A stretch of 64,000 nt of DNA from Phyllosticta citribraziliensis (Eukaryota). Shown in pieces: positions 49,436 to 61,384 of the stretch (its first letter is position 1; the number at the start of each line of letters is the position of its first letter). A program made the position numbers and the translations under genes. The DNA lies in NCBI RefSeq assembly GCF_038025025.1, contig NW_027117354.1, positions 62,001 through 126,000 on the forward strand. The letters are read 5' to 3'. The notes beneath the pieces were generated by a model, which did not search any database, had not been told where the DNA came from, and worked only from the letters and a program-made list of their open reading frames with translations.

Positions 49436-51160
49436 ATGTCTTGGGATCCCGGTAAGTCCTCTTCCTCAACCACTCTTTACCATGCTAACCTTGCAGCTCC
49501 TGCTGGTGAGTGGCAGGCCGAGTCCGGCGGAGATAATGCCACCTGGGGTCAGGGCGAGTCGAACGGCTTTGGCACTGGCGATGCCGGCGACCTCGGAGGT
49601 GACGCCGGTGGTGCTGAAGATGTCGAATGTCACAAGTAAGTCGCTCACTCCCGTCATTGACCCTGCTGACGCCCCAAAGCTGCAAGAAGACTGGCCACTT
49701 TGCCCGTGACTGCCCCGAAGAGAAGCAGCTCACTGGAGAGTGCTACAACTGCGGCGAGGTTGGGTATGTATCTGTCCCTCAGCCTTGAACTTCGCTAACC
49801 TGAGTAGCCACAACAAGGCCGACTGCACCAATCCTAGGGTCTTTCGTGGTACCTGCCGTCTCTGCAACGAGGCGGGTCATCCGGCCTCCGAGTGCCCGAC
49901 CAAGCCCCCCGCGCTTTGCAAAAATTGTCAGCAGGAGGGTCACACTGCCGCCGACTGCGAGAATGCTCGTTCGGCCGACGTCCTCTACAAGGAGGTCCCA
50001 GAGATGTCGGACGACGATGCCTGGGCCATGCTTCTCAAGGCCGACAAGGAGCGCGACCTCGACGAGTTCCGCGTCGCCATCAAGGCCTACGGCAAGGCCC
50101 TGCTCGCCAATGGTCAGCCCATCGACTTGGCCGGCGTCGACAAGCAGATGCGCGAGGACAACATGAACGTCCACATTGTTGCCGTCGACAAGAAGGAGAA
50201 GGCTGGCGATGTCTACACCATTGTCGACTTTTCCGGCAAGACTGACTGCACCTATGCTTTGAGCTTCAACTACTCCTACAAGCCCAGGCGCAAGACTGCC
50301 ATGGACTCTTGGCCCAAGAGCCCCGAGGAGAATCGCGAGCGCCTAGCTGACGCCGGCTTTGTCCTGACCAACTTCATCCCCAAGTGTTCTCAGTGCGGAG
50401 GTAAGTCTTCTTTCATGCGTGGTGTTGCTTTTCTAATGCATCACAGAGATGGGTCATTCCAGGAAGTTTTGCAAGCAGGAGCCCGAGGAGATTGACCGTC
50501 CCAATGTCAAGTGCCTTCACTGCCAGGAGATGGGCCACCGTGCTCGTGACTGCAAGGGCGAGCGTGTTGATCCCTTCCTCTGCCGCAACTGCAACAAGCG
50601 TGGTCACGGCTCGCGCGACTGCCCCGAGCCTCCCAACATGGACAATGTCGAGTGCCGCAAGTGCCAGCAGAGTGAGTTTTCTTGACCGTCTAGTTTCCCT
50701 ACTAACGTCGTGCAGAGGGTCACTTTTCCAAGGAGTGCCCCAACGGCCCCCCCAAGATTTGCAACAACTGTGGCGAAGATGGTCACTTCTCCAAGGAGTG
50801 CGAGAAGCCCAAGGTCCCTTGGTGCTTCAACTGCGAGGAGAAGGGTCACTCGTCGCGCGAATGCCCCAAGCCAAAGGGTGAGCTTTTTCTGTGGAGCTTT
50901 TAGGAACCATGCTAATGTACGCAGATTGGTCCAAGGTCAAGTGTTCCAACTGTGAGGAGATGGGTCACGGCGCGAAGAGGTGCCCCAAGCCCGTTGTCGA
51001 GAAGCAGGACGGTTTCGGCGACTCTGGTGCCGGCGGTGGCTTCGACGCTGCCGGTGGTTCTGGTTTCGATGGCGGCGCCTCTGGCTTCGCCACTACCGGC
51101 GATACGGCTGGCGGAGGCTGGGGCAACGATGCCACTGGCGATTCCGCTGCCAACTGGTAA
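49436..51160 (+). CDS. Multi-CCHC zinc-knuckle nucleic-acid-binding protein (CnjB-like)
   Basis: 11 CX2CX4HX4C knuckles after splicing (introns 49452-49496, 49636-49679, 49764-49807, ~50401-50447, ~50672-50715, ~50878-50924). Gly/Trp-rich termini. Probable 5'UTR intron ~49219-49402. Confidence 0.9.
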
Positions 51161-52396
51161 GCGGTCTCCTCCCGCTTCATTCCTCGCTCTTTCGGCCTGG
51201 ACTTGAGGCATCAACGTGTATTGCGCGCTCAGCGCTGGTCTTCCCGAAAATGGTCTGGTCTGCTTTCGATTCGGTCATGGTCTGGTGGAATTCGTGGTCG
51301 TGGTCTGCTCGATTCGGATGATGGGTCTTCAAAATGGTCATGGGTACCGACTGAACTTTTGGGATGGGCATCGGTTTAGCTTCATCGTAAAATGCAAAAG
51401 TTCAGTTAATCTGGTGTCTTGCACTTGTGATGTGGGCATATCGGTGATGTCGGGTTGAGGTACGTCCCCGTCCCTGATCATGTGTCTGCGCTGACCACAC
51501 TCGGCAGCGTTTCAGTACTTGCAGTGCATGATCTGAGCCTAGGTTCGTCGCCGCTTTCAATCCACATGATATCATCCATCTCTTTCTCCATTCTTGTCAA
51601 AGGTAAACAAACGGTCGTCCTGCCCGTGACGCAGGATTTCCCCGGAACTTCCCAATCAGGAAAACCGACGACGCCTCCTCCAAAACTGGGGAAATCAGAA
51701 TGACGGGGCTTGTCTCGTGTGTGGCGGGTGCGGCAAAGCCGGCGGTCTTTTTGACGGCAAGGCCGCGGTCGGCTCGGTGTGGTGTCGTGACCATCGGAGC
51801 GGTGCGACGAGAGAAAACCCCGGCAACGTTCGCTGAACATGGGGTGTGGTGAGTGGAGAGACGCGATCCACTTTTGCGCCAAAAAGTCTTGATTCTCGCC
51901 ACGCCTGTGCATGGTGTTTTCCGCATCCAAGCATCGATGAGGCAGCTATCGAGAGCCCACCTTTTCTCCCGATGGACCCTGTGCGTTTTGCGCCGGCCAA
52001 GACTCTCGACGGCATCCCATCGGGTCAGATCCCTCTGGCTTCGGCGTGCAATCGACGACGTGTGCCGTGGCCAATGGCGCTGCGTTCTACCGCTTGTAGC
52101 CCGCCCGCGCGTGTGCAGTCTCCCGAAACGGGCACAGCCCAGCCGGAGCGCGCTCTCGAAGCGCACCCGTGGCCCGCGGCAATGACGACGAGGCGGGGCC
52201 CCCCGACGACCGCCTCCATCTGGGGTCCGAGTGGATGGGGACTCCGCAATCTGAACGGCGGAGACTGGGCAATACGGCCGGCCTTTTGACCGCCTACCTC
52301 CTCCAACGCTCTCACGCTGATTTTGTGGGCCGCGCTGCAACGCGGTGGCGTGCGTGTGTTCCCCTTCATTCCTGCCTGGAGAAAAGAGTGGGGATG

Positions 52397-52419
52397 CCCC
52401 CCCCCCCCCCCCCCCCCCC
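52397..52419. repeat. Poly-C tract (23 nt)
   Basis: Homopolymer upstream of the sugar transporter. Confidence 0.95.
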
Positions 52420-53330
52420 AAAGACGAAGCGTCCCCGATTGTGCAGTTCGCGAGTCATCGCCGATGGGCGTTTGCAGCGGAGAAAGACTGGCGCTTGGCA
52501 GACGGCCGCCGCGAAGAGAAAGAAAGACGTCTTTGGGGTCGCCTGTGGAGAAGCGTAGTCATCCCCAGAGCGGGATGCCGTTGGCGTTTTAGTCTTCCCC
52601 GGATGGATGAAACAAACTTTTTCAGGGTTTGCGCGCGACTCGAGACGAGGGGTTCTCTGCGCGGGGCCTGGAGCCGCAACTAAAGCCAGCCAGCCGTCGC
52701 CGATGCCGCCGCCGCCGCCGTCGGGTGAGTAAGGCTGACAGACGGCCGACGACTTTTGACGGCCAAGAAACATCAACAAGGGCTGGTTGTGGTGTCACGA
52801 GAGAAACGACCGGCGTTCCCGAAGCGGCATCCCGAGCCCCATCGCTCGCGGCCGGCCTGAGCGCTGCTGTGGAGGACCGCCCCAGACTCTGTTTGCCCTG
52901 CTTTCCCCCCGGGGATCCCACGTCCGCTTCCCTGGTCCAATAACGGCCGCCGCGCGACGTCACTGGCCCAATGCTCGCGGTACGTACCTTGGTCGCACGC
53001 CCGGACGCGCGCTAGTTAGCTACGACTCTGCGCGGGTGTGGGGTCAGAATGCCGCCTCTTTGATGCCTCTGTACGTAGAGCCCGCATCCCGGTCTCTGGT
53101 CGTGGTGGTGCTCGTCTCGTCTGCTTATAATGGCCTTGACCCCCCGGTTCCCCCGATGTGCGCCGGACTTGTTGACGCCGCCCCTCGATCCTCTTTGACG
53201 CTCGCCTTTTGTTGGATATATACGGCCGTCAGTCTCCGCACTCGTGGTCGGCCTCTTTCCCATTGTGCTTGACTCGCATGGTCACGGCGCCTTTTGAGAC
53301 TGCGTTTTCATCCACACCACCCCCGCCAGC

Positions 53331-55640
53331 ATGAAGCGCTCTTCCTACTTCGGCCTCCGCGGCACCAGATTGAACGTTGCCATTGGCGTAATAGCCGGGC
53401 TGGACTTTCTGTGAGTGTGCAGTCTGGAGGTGGTGGTGGTGCGAATGGCCGACTGACTGCATTCCAGACTTTTCGGCTATGACCAGGGCGTCATGGGCGG
53501 GCTGCTGACTCTCGGCTCTTTCGTCAAGGTCTTCCCGGAGATGGAGGTCAAGGGCTCGCCCGCCGAGCAAGAGCATCGCGCTACCATTCAGGGTATCGCC
53601 GTGGCGTCGTATAACCTTGGATGCTTCGTCGGCGCTGTCGCCTGTATCTGGATCGGCAATATGCTGGGACGCCGGTGGACAATTTTCCTGGGCAGCTTGG
53701 TCATGGTTGTTGGCGCCGCGCTGCAGACTTCGGCGTTCTCCCTCGCGCACTTCATCGTCGGCCGTATCATCACTGGAGTCGGGAACGGACTGAACACAAG
53801 TACTGTCCCCACGTGGCAGGCTGAGACCTCAAAGAGCCATCGGCGTGGTCAGGTAAGCTGCGGAGACCCCTGTTATTTGATCAAAATGACCAAAGGCGAA
53901 AAAAAAAAAAAAAAAAGAAAGCCCCTTTTCTTTTTTCTTTTTTGGAATAAGACGCTGATTTTTCGAAGCTCGTGATGATCGAGGGCTCTTTAATCACCGG
54001 CGGTATTTGTTTATCGTACTGGCTCGACTTTGTAAGCTCAGATTTCCAAAATGGCCCCCTTACCACCCCCTGACCCCCTTTTTCCATTTTTCCCTAATTC
54101 TTTCCAATTTGGACGTCACCCCAGGGATTTCTCAGTCACATATACTGATCTTGCTAGGGATGCTCCTACCTAGAGCCCTCATCTGCTAGCTGGCGCCTGC
54201 CAATCGGTATTCAAATTATTTTTGCCCTGATTATCCTGGCATTCATTCTGGGACTCCCGGAGTCGCCCCGTTGGCTGATATTGCGCGGGCGCGATAGCGA
54301 GGCTATCGATGTCCTTTGTGCGCTAAATGAGAGAGAGCCGTATGTCTAAATTGGCCCCAGAGCTACTTGGAAGCCCAGAACCCCTATTTCGGTCCTGGTG
54401 GAAAGCTGACGAGAGCGCACAGTGACGACCCTTATATCGCGACAGAATTCACTGTGATCAAGGATACAGTCATGGAGATGGCCCAAGGAAGCTTCCGCGA
54501 CCTCTTTACCATGGGCAAGGACCGGCATTTCCACCGCACCGTTTTGGCCTACGTCAACCAGATGTTCCAGCAAATCAGCGGAATCAATCTTATCACGTAC
54601 GTTCTCCGTATCTTGTTCATGGGGCATTGCTAATGGTTGCCCAGGTATTACGCTGCTACGATCTACGAGCAATACGTCGGCCTCTCCCCCTTCGTTTCCC
54701 GAATTTTGGCGGCTTGCAACGGCACCGAGTACTTCATGGCCTCCTGGATCCCCATCTTCCTCATCGAAAAGGTCGGCCGGCGTTCTCTCATGCTCTTCGG
54801 CGCCGTCGGCATGTCGCTTTCCATGGCTGTCTTGGCTATTGCGAACAGCATAAATGATGGGAAGACCGCGGCCGAGAGAAATGCAGCCGCTGGCATTGTT
54901 GCCGCGCTATTCCTGTTCGTCTTTAACAGCTTCTTTGCGGTAGGCTGGCTGGGTATGACTTGGTTGTCAGTATTTCCACTTGGCTAAACCTCCTGTTCAC
55001 ATCGGGGGGAATGAGCAAAGAAAAACCAGCGCTGACAGACTCAGATATCCCGCTGAAATCGTCCCACTACGCATTCGAGCGCCCGCTAACGCGCTGTCTA
55101 CTTCTGCGAACTGGGTAAGACTAAGAAGCCCTTTTTCTGTTATCAAACTGCTAACATTGGGCCCACAGATCTTTAACTTCATGGTCGTGATGGTAACACC
55201 GGTTGCCTTCAGCAGTATCGGCTACAAAACGTACATTATTTTCGCCGTCATGTAAGCAGAACGCTCCTTCTCCTCCCTACCTCTTTGAATACTGACATTT
55301 GACCAGCAACGCCGCCATCGTGCCCGTCGTCTACTTCTTCAAGCCCGAAACCGCGTACCGCTCGCTCGAGGAGATGGACACCATTTTCCAGAAATCAAAC
55401 TCCATCTTCGACGTCGTCAAGGTCGCCCGCGACGAGCCGCGCCGCTACGGCAAGAACGGCGAGCTGCTCATCCCCGTCGACGACGCGGAAGATGTTGCTG
55501 CGCTCGGCGGCGTCCGCAATCGCGTCGGACGCCCCCCTATGGATCGCGCCAGCAGCAATGTTGGCGAGAAGCGGACGGAGGGCCGCTTTGAGGATGTCGG
55601 CAGGACTGAAGAAGTCTCTGGCGGCGTCAAGATGGGTTGA
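53331..55640 (+). CDS. MFS sugar porter, STL1-like (glycerol/polyol/hexose:H+ symporter)
   Basis: Motifs LFGYDQGVMGG, LGRRWTI, GRIITGVG.G.NTSTVPTWQAE, WRLPIGIQ, PESPRWL, QQISGINLITYY, GRRSLML, WLYPAEI.PL.IR, PETAYRSLEEMD. Eight short introns. Confidence 0.93.
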
Positions 55641-56104
55641 AATACGCTATGTTCATTTGATACCTTGAAGATTTGGGAAGACGGATAAGAGAGGCTTTGA
55701 ATACATGGCCGTGGCTGCGCCCCTTTTCCTTTATGCTCACGTACCTAGATACCACTTCTCAGTCGCACTGACTGTATATGATGTCAATATTTTCGTTTTC
55801 CAAAATGCATTTCCAATATAGACACTGTACATCGCTCCAATTCCGTCCGTCTGCGCATTCGTTGGTGGGATGGATGCCGCATTGAGCGCCGGCCAGAGCT
55901 GCGAGCGATGAAGCCGACAGACGTTTGAAGTTGTAGGGGCCGCCTCTGATTGGCCGCGCCACCGCACCGCCATCTCGACCAGCCAATCACATGAGTTGGA
56001 CAGAGTTACCCGGGCCGCCATCTTCTGCGGTTGCGCAGCCCTCTCCACTGCAGTGCAGAGTCCCCTGCTTGGTGGAAACGTGACCCCCTAGAAACATGAG
56101 TGTA

Positions 56105-56220
56105 TCTAGGGAGCGTTCCTTCACTCGAACGGCTGCGCTTGAGGAGCATTCATACACTGCTACAACTGCACTCGAGGAGCATTCATGTACCGCCGCAGTT
56201 GCGCTCAGGAAGCAGTTACT
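56105..56220. repeat. Degenerate 33-bp minisatellite, ~4 copies
   Basis: GAGC/AAGC anchors at 56111, 56144, 56177, 56210; core GAGGAGCATTCAT occurs twice exactly. Confidence 0.8.
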
Positions 56221-57434
56221 ATTTCGTTCGACGCTCACTGCGTAAAGGTAACTAAAGCAGACTCCGCTCTACCGCCAAGAAGGAAGCGGAGGTTAGGTTT
56301 GTGGGGACGAGTAGTGAAAAAGTAGTGGAAGGAATCCAGGCAGCAATAAAGATTCGACGGCGATTTGAGTACAGCCAGGTGGAGGTATCGTGCCAATCAA
56401 AAAACATCGCCATCTTTGGTGCGCCCATGGTCATGTTCGGTCAATGGGAGGAGGTAATACGTTGGTATATTGTGTACACAATGTCAATGCAATCTGTAGA
56501 GCCCCCAAATCTCCTCTGACCGCTTGTTCTGCTGGTAGCTTGCAGGAACGGAGAAGAGCGAACAAGGCTGCACTGGTTCATTTAAAGATTTTCTCATAGA
56601 TTTGGGTAAAGATTGGCCTGATTATGGATCCGTCAGGAAGCTTTGGGAGTTGTCTAGACAGTGGATGGAATCAGTAGTGTCAATATGGTAGATTGTCTTC
56701 TCCGAATTTCCCCTTGGATATTTTGGATTGTTCGTAATTATTTCAACGCGACGGCTGATTGTATTTGTGGCCTCGGTAAAGCCTGCAGGATACGGGCTAC
56801 TACAGTGGCACGGAAATGCTTGAATACACAAGAAAACGGGCTTTCAAGATGTTTGCACATGGCTGGCAAGACTCCAAGCAAATTGCGCACAGCTCGTTTC
56901 TCCACGCAAAGCTGCTTCTCTCGAAGGTGGTTAGGTTGGCGTGTTGCGCGAGGCGCGTAGTCAACCAGCATTTTCCTTCAACAATCCGGGTACGACCGAC
57001 TGCAGTTGGTGCCGCCCGGACGAGGTGTTGTCCTACACGGGGCAAAGTCTGGAGAAGAGTCTCAACTGGTAACAGGGCAACCGAGCGGAAGGACGGGATG
57101 CACCGAGTCAACACATGCCCTGCGTCTTGGGTGGAATGGGTTTTAACAGTTACCAGATCGAAGTGGTTGTAGTGAAGCTTCCGTGAAAACTGCACGCTCG
57201 CAATCTTTCCGCGCGCCAGCCGCTTCCGACCAAATAATATGTGAAACCACTTCTTTCTCGCAGTCTCTCCCTCTTGTTCGACACGCAAACACAATCTCTC
57301 CCTCCTCAACGAACTCAGAAGATGTAAGTCGTCCCCATACACCCTAGATTCTGACCATGCTCAGCGAGGCCAAAGATCACCGCTGACGACACCCACACGT
57401 GGATAGCACCCGTTGACGACGGCACTTTACAACC

Positions 57435-58087
57435 ATGGATACCAACTCCATCGCTCTCGAATACTCGAACAAATTCAACCGCATCCACAAGATGTACGAA
57501 GAAGATGACTTGCAGGGTGTCATCGATGGGGCGGAAGAGCTGCTTGATGACTCAAAGCTCCCCAAACACCTCCGCATGAAGGTAAGTAAGCCCCGTCATC
57601 CACCACGATGGCAGCGCCCTGGGAGCAGCCGTTCTTCACCACAGTGGCCCTCTGGGAGCAGTCTCTCACCATTGTGGTAGCACCTTGGGAGCATACATTC
57701 CCCACCATAGCGCCGCCATTGAGCAGTTTCACTCTTCATTCGATCTTCAGGCTAATTCGTGCCCTCCAATAGACCCTTATCCTCCTGGCCTGCTGCACCG
57801 ATGACTGGGACGATGCCGAGGAACTGCGAAATGAAGCCGAGGACATGTACCACATTGCGCACGCGCACTGGCCCCGCGATGCCGAGGTGAACGAGGTCCT
57901 GAGAGAGATCCGCAAATGCCTTGACTGTCTTGGCAAGGCTCAGTACGAGAAGATGTGGGGCGAGGAAGAAGAAGAGGAAGAGGAAGAGGAGGAAGTGGGC
58001 GGCGAGAACGAGGAGCGCCAGGAAGAAGAGGCAGAGGAGAAGGAGGCTGCTGATGGCAGCGATGAGGACGACCAAAAGGACGAGTAG
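57435..58087 (+). CDS. Small orphan helical acidic protein (possibly a truncated pseudogene)
   Basis: Exon 1 MDTNSIALEY...LPKHLRMK, intron 57582-57771 (GTAAGT...CTAAT...TAG), exon 2 TLILLACCTDDWDDAEE...poly-Glu tail. Confidence 0.65.
57601..57730. repeat. Degenerate 33-bp intronic minisatellite, ~4 copies
   Basis: GAGCA at 57623, 57656, 57689, 57721; units CACCA...TGGGAGCA. Confidence 0.8.
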
Positions 58088-59865
58088 GCACTATGAAATG
58101 CGATGGCTGATGCGGATACCAAGAAGTCATTCCAGATATGGTACTTGCGGACATCGAGTAGATACGTGAAGGGAGTGCTGCCATTGCATGCGAAGAGAGT
58201 GCTACCCAAGCGGCGCTGCTTGAGGAGAAGTAGAAAGAGAAAAAGCCACCGAGGGAGGTGAAGAAACTAACACCGGGCGACGTCGACCACGACACTCGCC
58301 ACTCTAGAAAGCCTGCTGCTTCTGGTCGTAACCAGCTTGCGCTGCGGGGACTTGGTCAAAGCAAGCCTTCAGATCCTGATAGCCCCGGCCCAGGCCGACA
58401 ACTCAGACGCCACCCCTCCACGACTGTTGCCTCTGCAGCCGGTGGATCGGTAGATATCGGAACTCCACGCGAGGAACTCTTCACCTACAGCGCGGCCCCC
58501 ATCTCCTCTCATTTTGCTGATAGACTGGCACATCCTTGGCAATCACTGACTGTGATCAAGGAAATTTCGCCATCCGCTCCTCTTCTGCATTTGCAGCCGG
58601 ACCGGTAGGTTATGACGAAGAATCCGCGTGCCAGGAAAAGCCAGATGACAAGGGCCGTCTTGGTCAGGAGAGCTCGTACGACGATGAAGATGACAACCAG
58701 GCAGGCTCGTCGCAGTTCAAAGGCTGGTTCAACGTCTGGACCAATCTTTGGGCCAAGACTCGCACGGGCGATGTCAAGTGGCACAGTTGGCCAGCTCCCA
58801 TCCAACAGGCAGCTAGAGAGAAATGCCGACAGTCTACCAGGAGTGGAAGAGAATGTCAACCAGGTGGCAAACCAAGCGGATGATGCGAATGTTCCAGAAG
58901 GAATATGTTTCATGGCAACACCATTGCCGGCACAGGAAAAACAGCCAAGAAAGACAAGGTGAATGTGAGGGCACAGGATCAGGCATGCGCTTCTTGTCGA
59001 GTTCATGAGGAAAGCCAACCCTCCATCGTACTCGTACTCCGTTCTTCCAGTGCTTTTTTGGTACTGCCCCTCCATTCGAAAGACGCTGATCTCAACAACG
59101 TCGGTCACTGGATCCTGAGTGTGTGATGGAAAACAGCAGATTAGGTCGTCCATGACAGTTGGTTGCTGTTTGGGTGCTTTGAGGCTTGCCTGACTTGGTC
59201 GTCAAAGAGGTTCGAAATTTGCGGATGGTTTCGGGGCGAAAAGCGGTGGCGGTCATGCAGTTGTCATTCTGCGTCGCAGGTTTCAACCTTCAGTCCTGCC
59301 AAAAATCACAAACAAATAAGCTGTCTTTCTCGCAGTCTTCTTTGTCGAGATGCCACCGGCCCATACAATCCATACAGCCGAAGCAGATCACCTTAGCAGC
59401 AAACCAGGGTCGTGCAGAGTCGTCTGGAACAAAAGAGCGTGGAAGGCCAGAAGAAAACCGATTTTGAATGAGTGTGCACTGCTTCCCAACGGAAAATCTG
59501 CCAGCGGATGAATGTTCCCAAAGCAACTGGCGTCGAACCTGTGGAAAGAATTCAGTCGGATGCGGCTGGAAGAAATTAATATGCACAGTATTTGTTTGAG
59601 TTGGCGTAGAGAGCCGGGAAATAAAATGGACGGCGGGCGGTCCGCCGGCGCAACACCCACGCAAAAGAAAAAGCCCCGGCCCCAGCAATCTGCAACGTTC
59701 CACACCACCGCTCGCTTCTAAGCCCACAACAAAGATGCCTCCAAAGTGTGGCATCATTCCCCCTCCGAAAATCAAAACGGAGCAGCCCGACTACTTCGAG
59801 GCCAACATGAAGACAGGCGTCGCTGTCAAAGCGAAGACTGATGATGCCCTCGCGTCGAGGCCAAT

Positions 59866-60523
59866 ATGGGCGCCGTCGGCCGTATGTTGACATTCCCGTA
59901 CTCAATGATCAAGCTGACATTGCCAGGTGGCGCGAGCTCTTCCCCGTCGACTGGTGCTATGAGACTGGAGTCTGGTAGCAAAGGCTCCGGTGGTAAATTG
60001 TGCCTGCTCATCTTGAAGAATGATACCAACGTCTACAGAGACCAACCAACCGCACGTCATTCGCGAGCTCCGGCGCAAGATCCGCAACCTTGAACAGGAC
60101 GTTCAGGACCTCAGCAACATCAACACGAGTCTAGACGATGACAACGACGATCTCAAAGAGCGTGCCAACCGCGCCGAGGAGCGTGATGACCGCGCCGTGG
60201 AGCGAGCTGTACAGCTTCAAGATCACAAGAGGATGCTCGAAAAGTTCCTGCAGTACGAGCGTAGACTGAAGATCAAGGAGCTAGTAGAGAAGACGGTGGA
60301 AGAGAAGCTTGCAGGCATGAATTTGGGCAGCACGGCTATTGTCGATGCCCGGCTTTCTACCATCGCCGGCACTCCTGGAAGTCCTTCTACCACACTTGCT
60401 GGTAGTCCTTCGAAGTCCGACGCCCAGCTGTCGCGCAGTGGCTTCCGCACCAGTCTCAAGAACAGGGTCTTTGCGCTCCTGTGCTTCAAGAAGAAGCGCG
60501 ACCCTGGTGACGGTCCCGCTTGA
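59866..60523 (+). CDS. Orphan coiled-coil protein
   Basis: Introns 59882-59926 and 59992-60038 join MGAVG to the heptad-rich exon IRELRRKIRNLEQDVQDLSNINTSLDDDNDDLKERANRAEE. The start position is uncertain. Confidence 0.55.
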
Positions 60524-60706
60524 GAAGCACAATTCTCTTGGGAGTGAAAAATCAGGCCGGACAATTTCTACATGTTGCCGAGCAATGATGATTTCCTCTC
60601 CATGTAAATGGCCATCTTGGACGGTATTCTGGCATTGTTCTTCTTGTGACCTTGACCTTGACTTTCTAACTCAGCCGGTGCCTGACAGCTGAATGCTTCC
60701 CACGGT

Positions 60707-61044
60707 TTAACTGCCCATGCTATCGCCGGAGCGGCTCTCAAGCTGCGCCTGCATCTGCGCCTTCAGCTTCTTATTCTCGCGTTAAAAATCCGCATTGGCG
60801 CGCTTAAGCTCTCCGTGCTCAGCTCGCGGAACGCAGTCTTTGGGGTGGATCTCAGACTTGGCCTCGCTGCCGCCGCCGGTGCTTGCCTGGAACTTGACCA
60901 TGTTTCTATGAATTGGTCAGGACAGTATCAGATGCGTACTCAAACTCTGCCCGAAAGGCCATACGCTCCTCTCGTTGCTTTCGCGCGAAGACGGCGGACC
61001 GTTCTCTTCTCAAGCGTAAGTCCTTTCAAGCGCCGTGAAGACAT
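60707..61044 (-). pseudogene. Small spliced orphan (basic N-terminus plus coiled coil) with in-frame TAA
   Basis: ATG 61044, intron 60906-60964 (GTATGG...CTGAC...TAG). Translation MSSRRLKGLTLEKRTVRRLRAKATRGANMVKFQ...ELKRANADF*RENKKLKAQMQAQLES...GS*, with the internal stop at 60782-60784. Confidence 0.5.
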
Positions 61045-61384
61045 TCATACTACGAATTTGTCAGCAAGAAAAACTTTCAGCGGCTTGGGGAGCGCTGTGG
61101 AATCGTCGTGGTATGAGTGAGAAGTGCAGAGATGCGGAGGCGCAAGACAGAGGAGGAAGGGCGTGTGGATGTTGCGGAAGATAATGATCGCGATGTTTGC
61201 GCAGCCCGCTTGGTTTGGGCAAGGCCCGTAGTGGTACTACGGGCACAAAACCACCACGTCGTACCCTCTTCACCACCCATGCCTCATATTCCACCCTCGA
61301 AGTCTTCTCCATCATCGCTATCAAATCCATGTAAGCAACATGCTAAGCTCTTGCGAATATTTGAGAATCACTAACAGCTGTAGG

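Noticed and set aside
49620..50990. Retrotransposon Gag interpretation of the CCHC knuckles
   Set aside because: Multi-intron cellular gene structure, with no protease, RT, integrase or LTRs nearby.
53899..53943. A-run/T-run hairpin resembling a terminator
   Set aside because: Lies inside a spliceosomal intron of a eukaryotic gene; simple homopolymer tracts.
56250..57350. Short ORFs between the sugar porter and the orphan island
   Set aside because: I could not assemble a consistent spliced model; possibly decayed sequence, but unsupported.
56105..57730. CRISPR-like interpretation of the 33-bp repeats
   Set aside because: Degenerate head-to-tail units without unique spacers, no cas genes, eukaryotic context.
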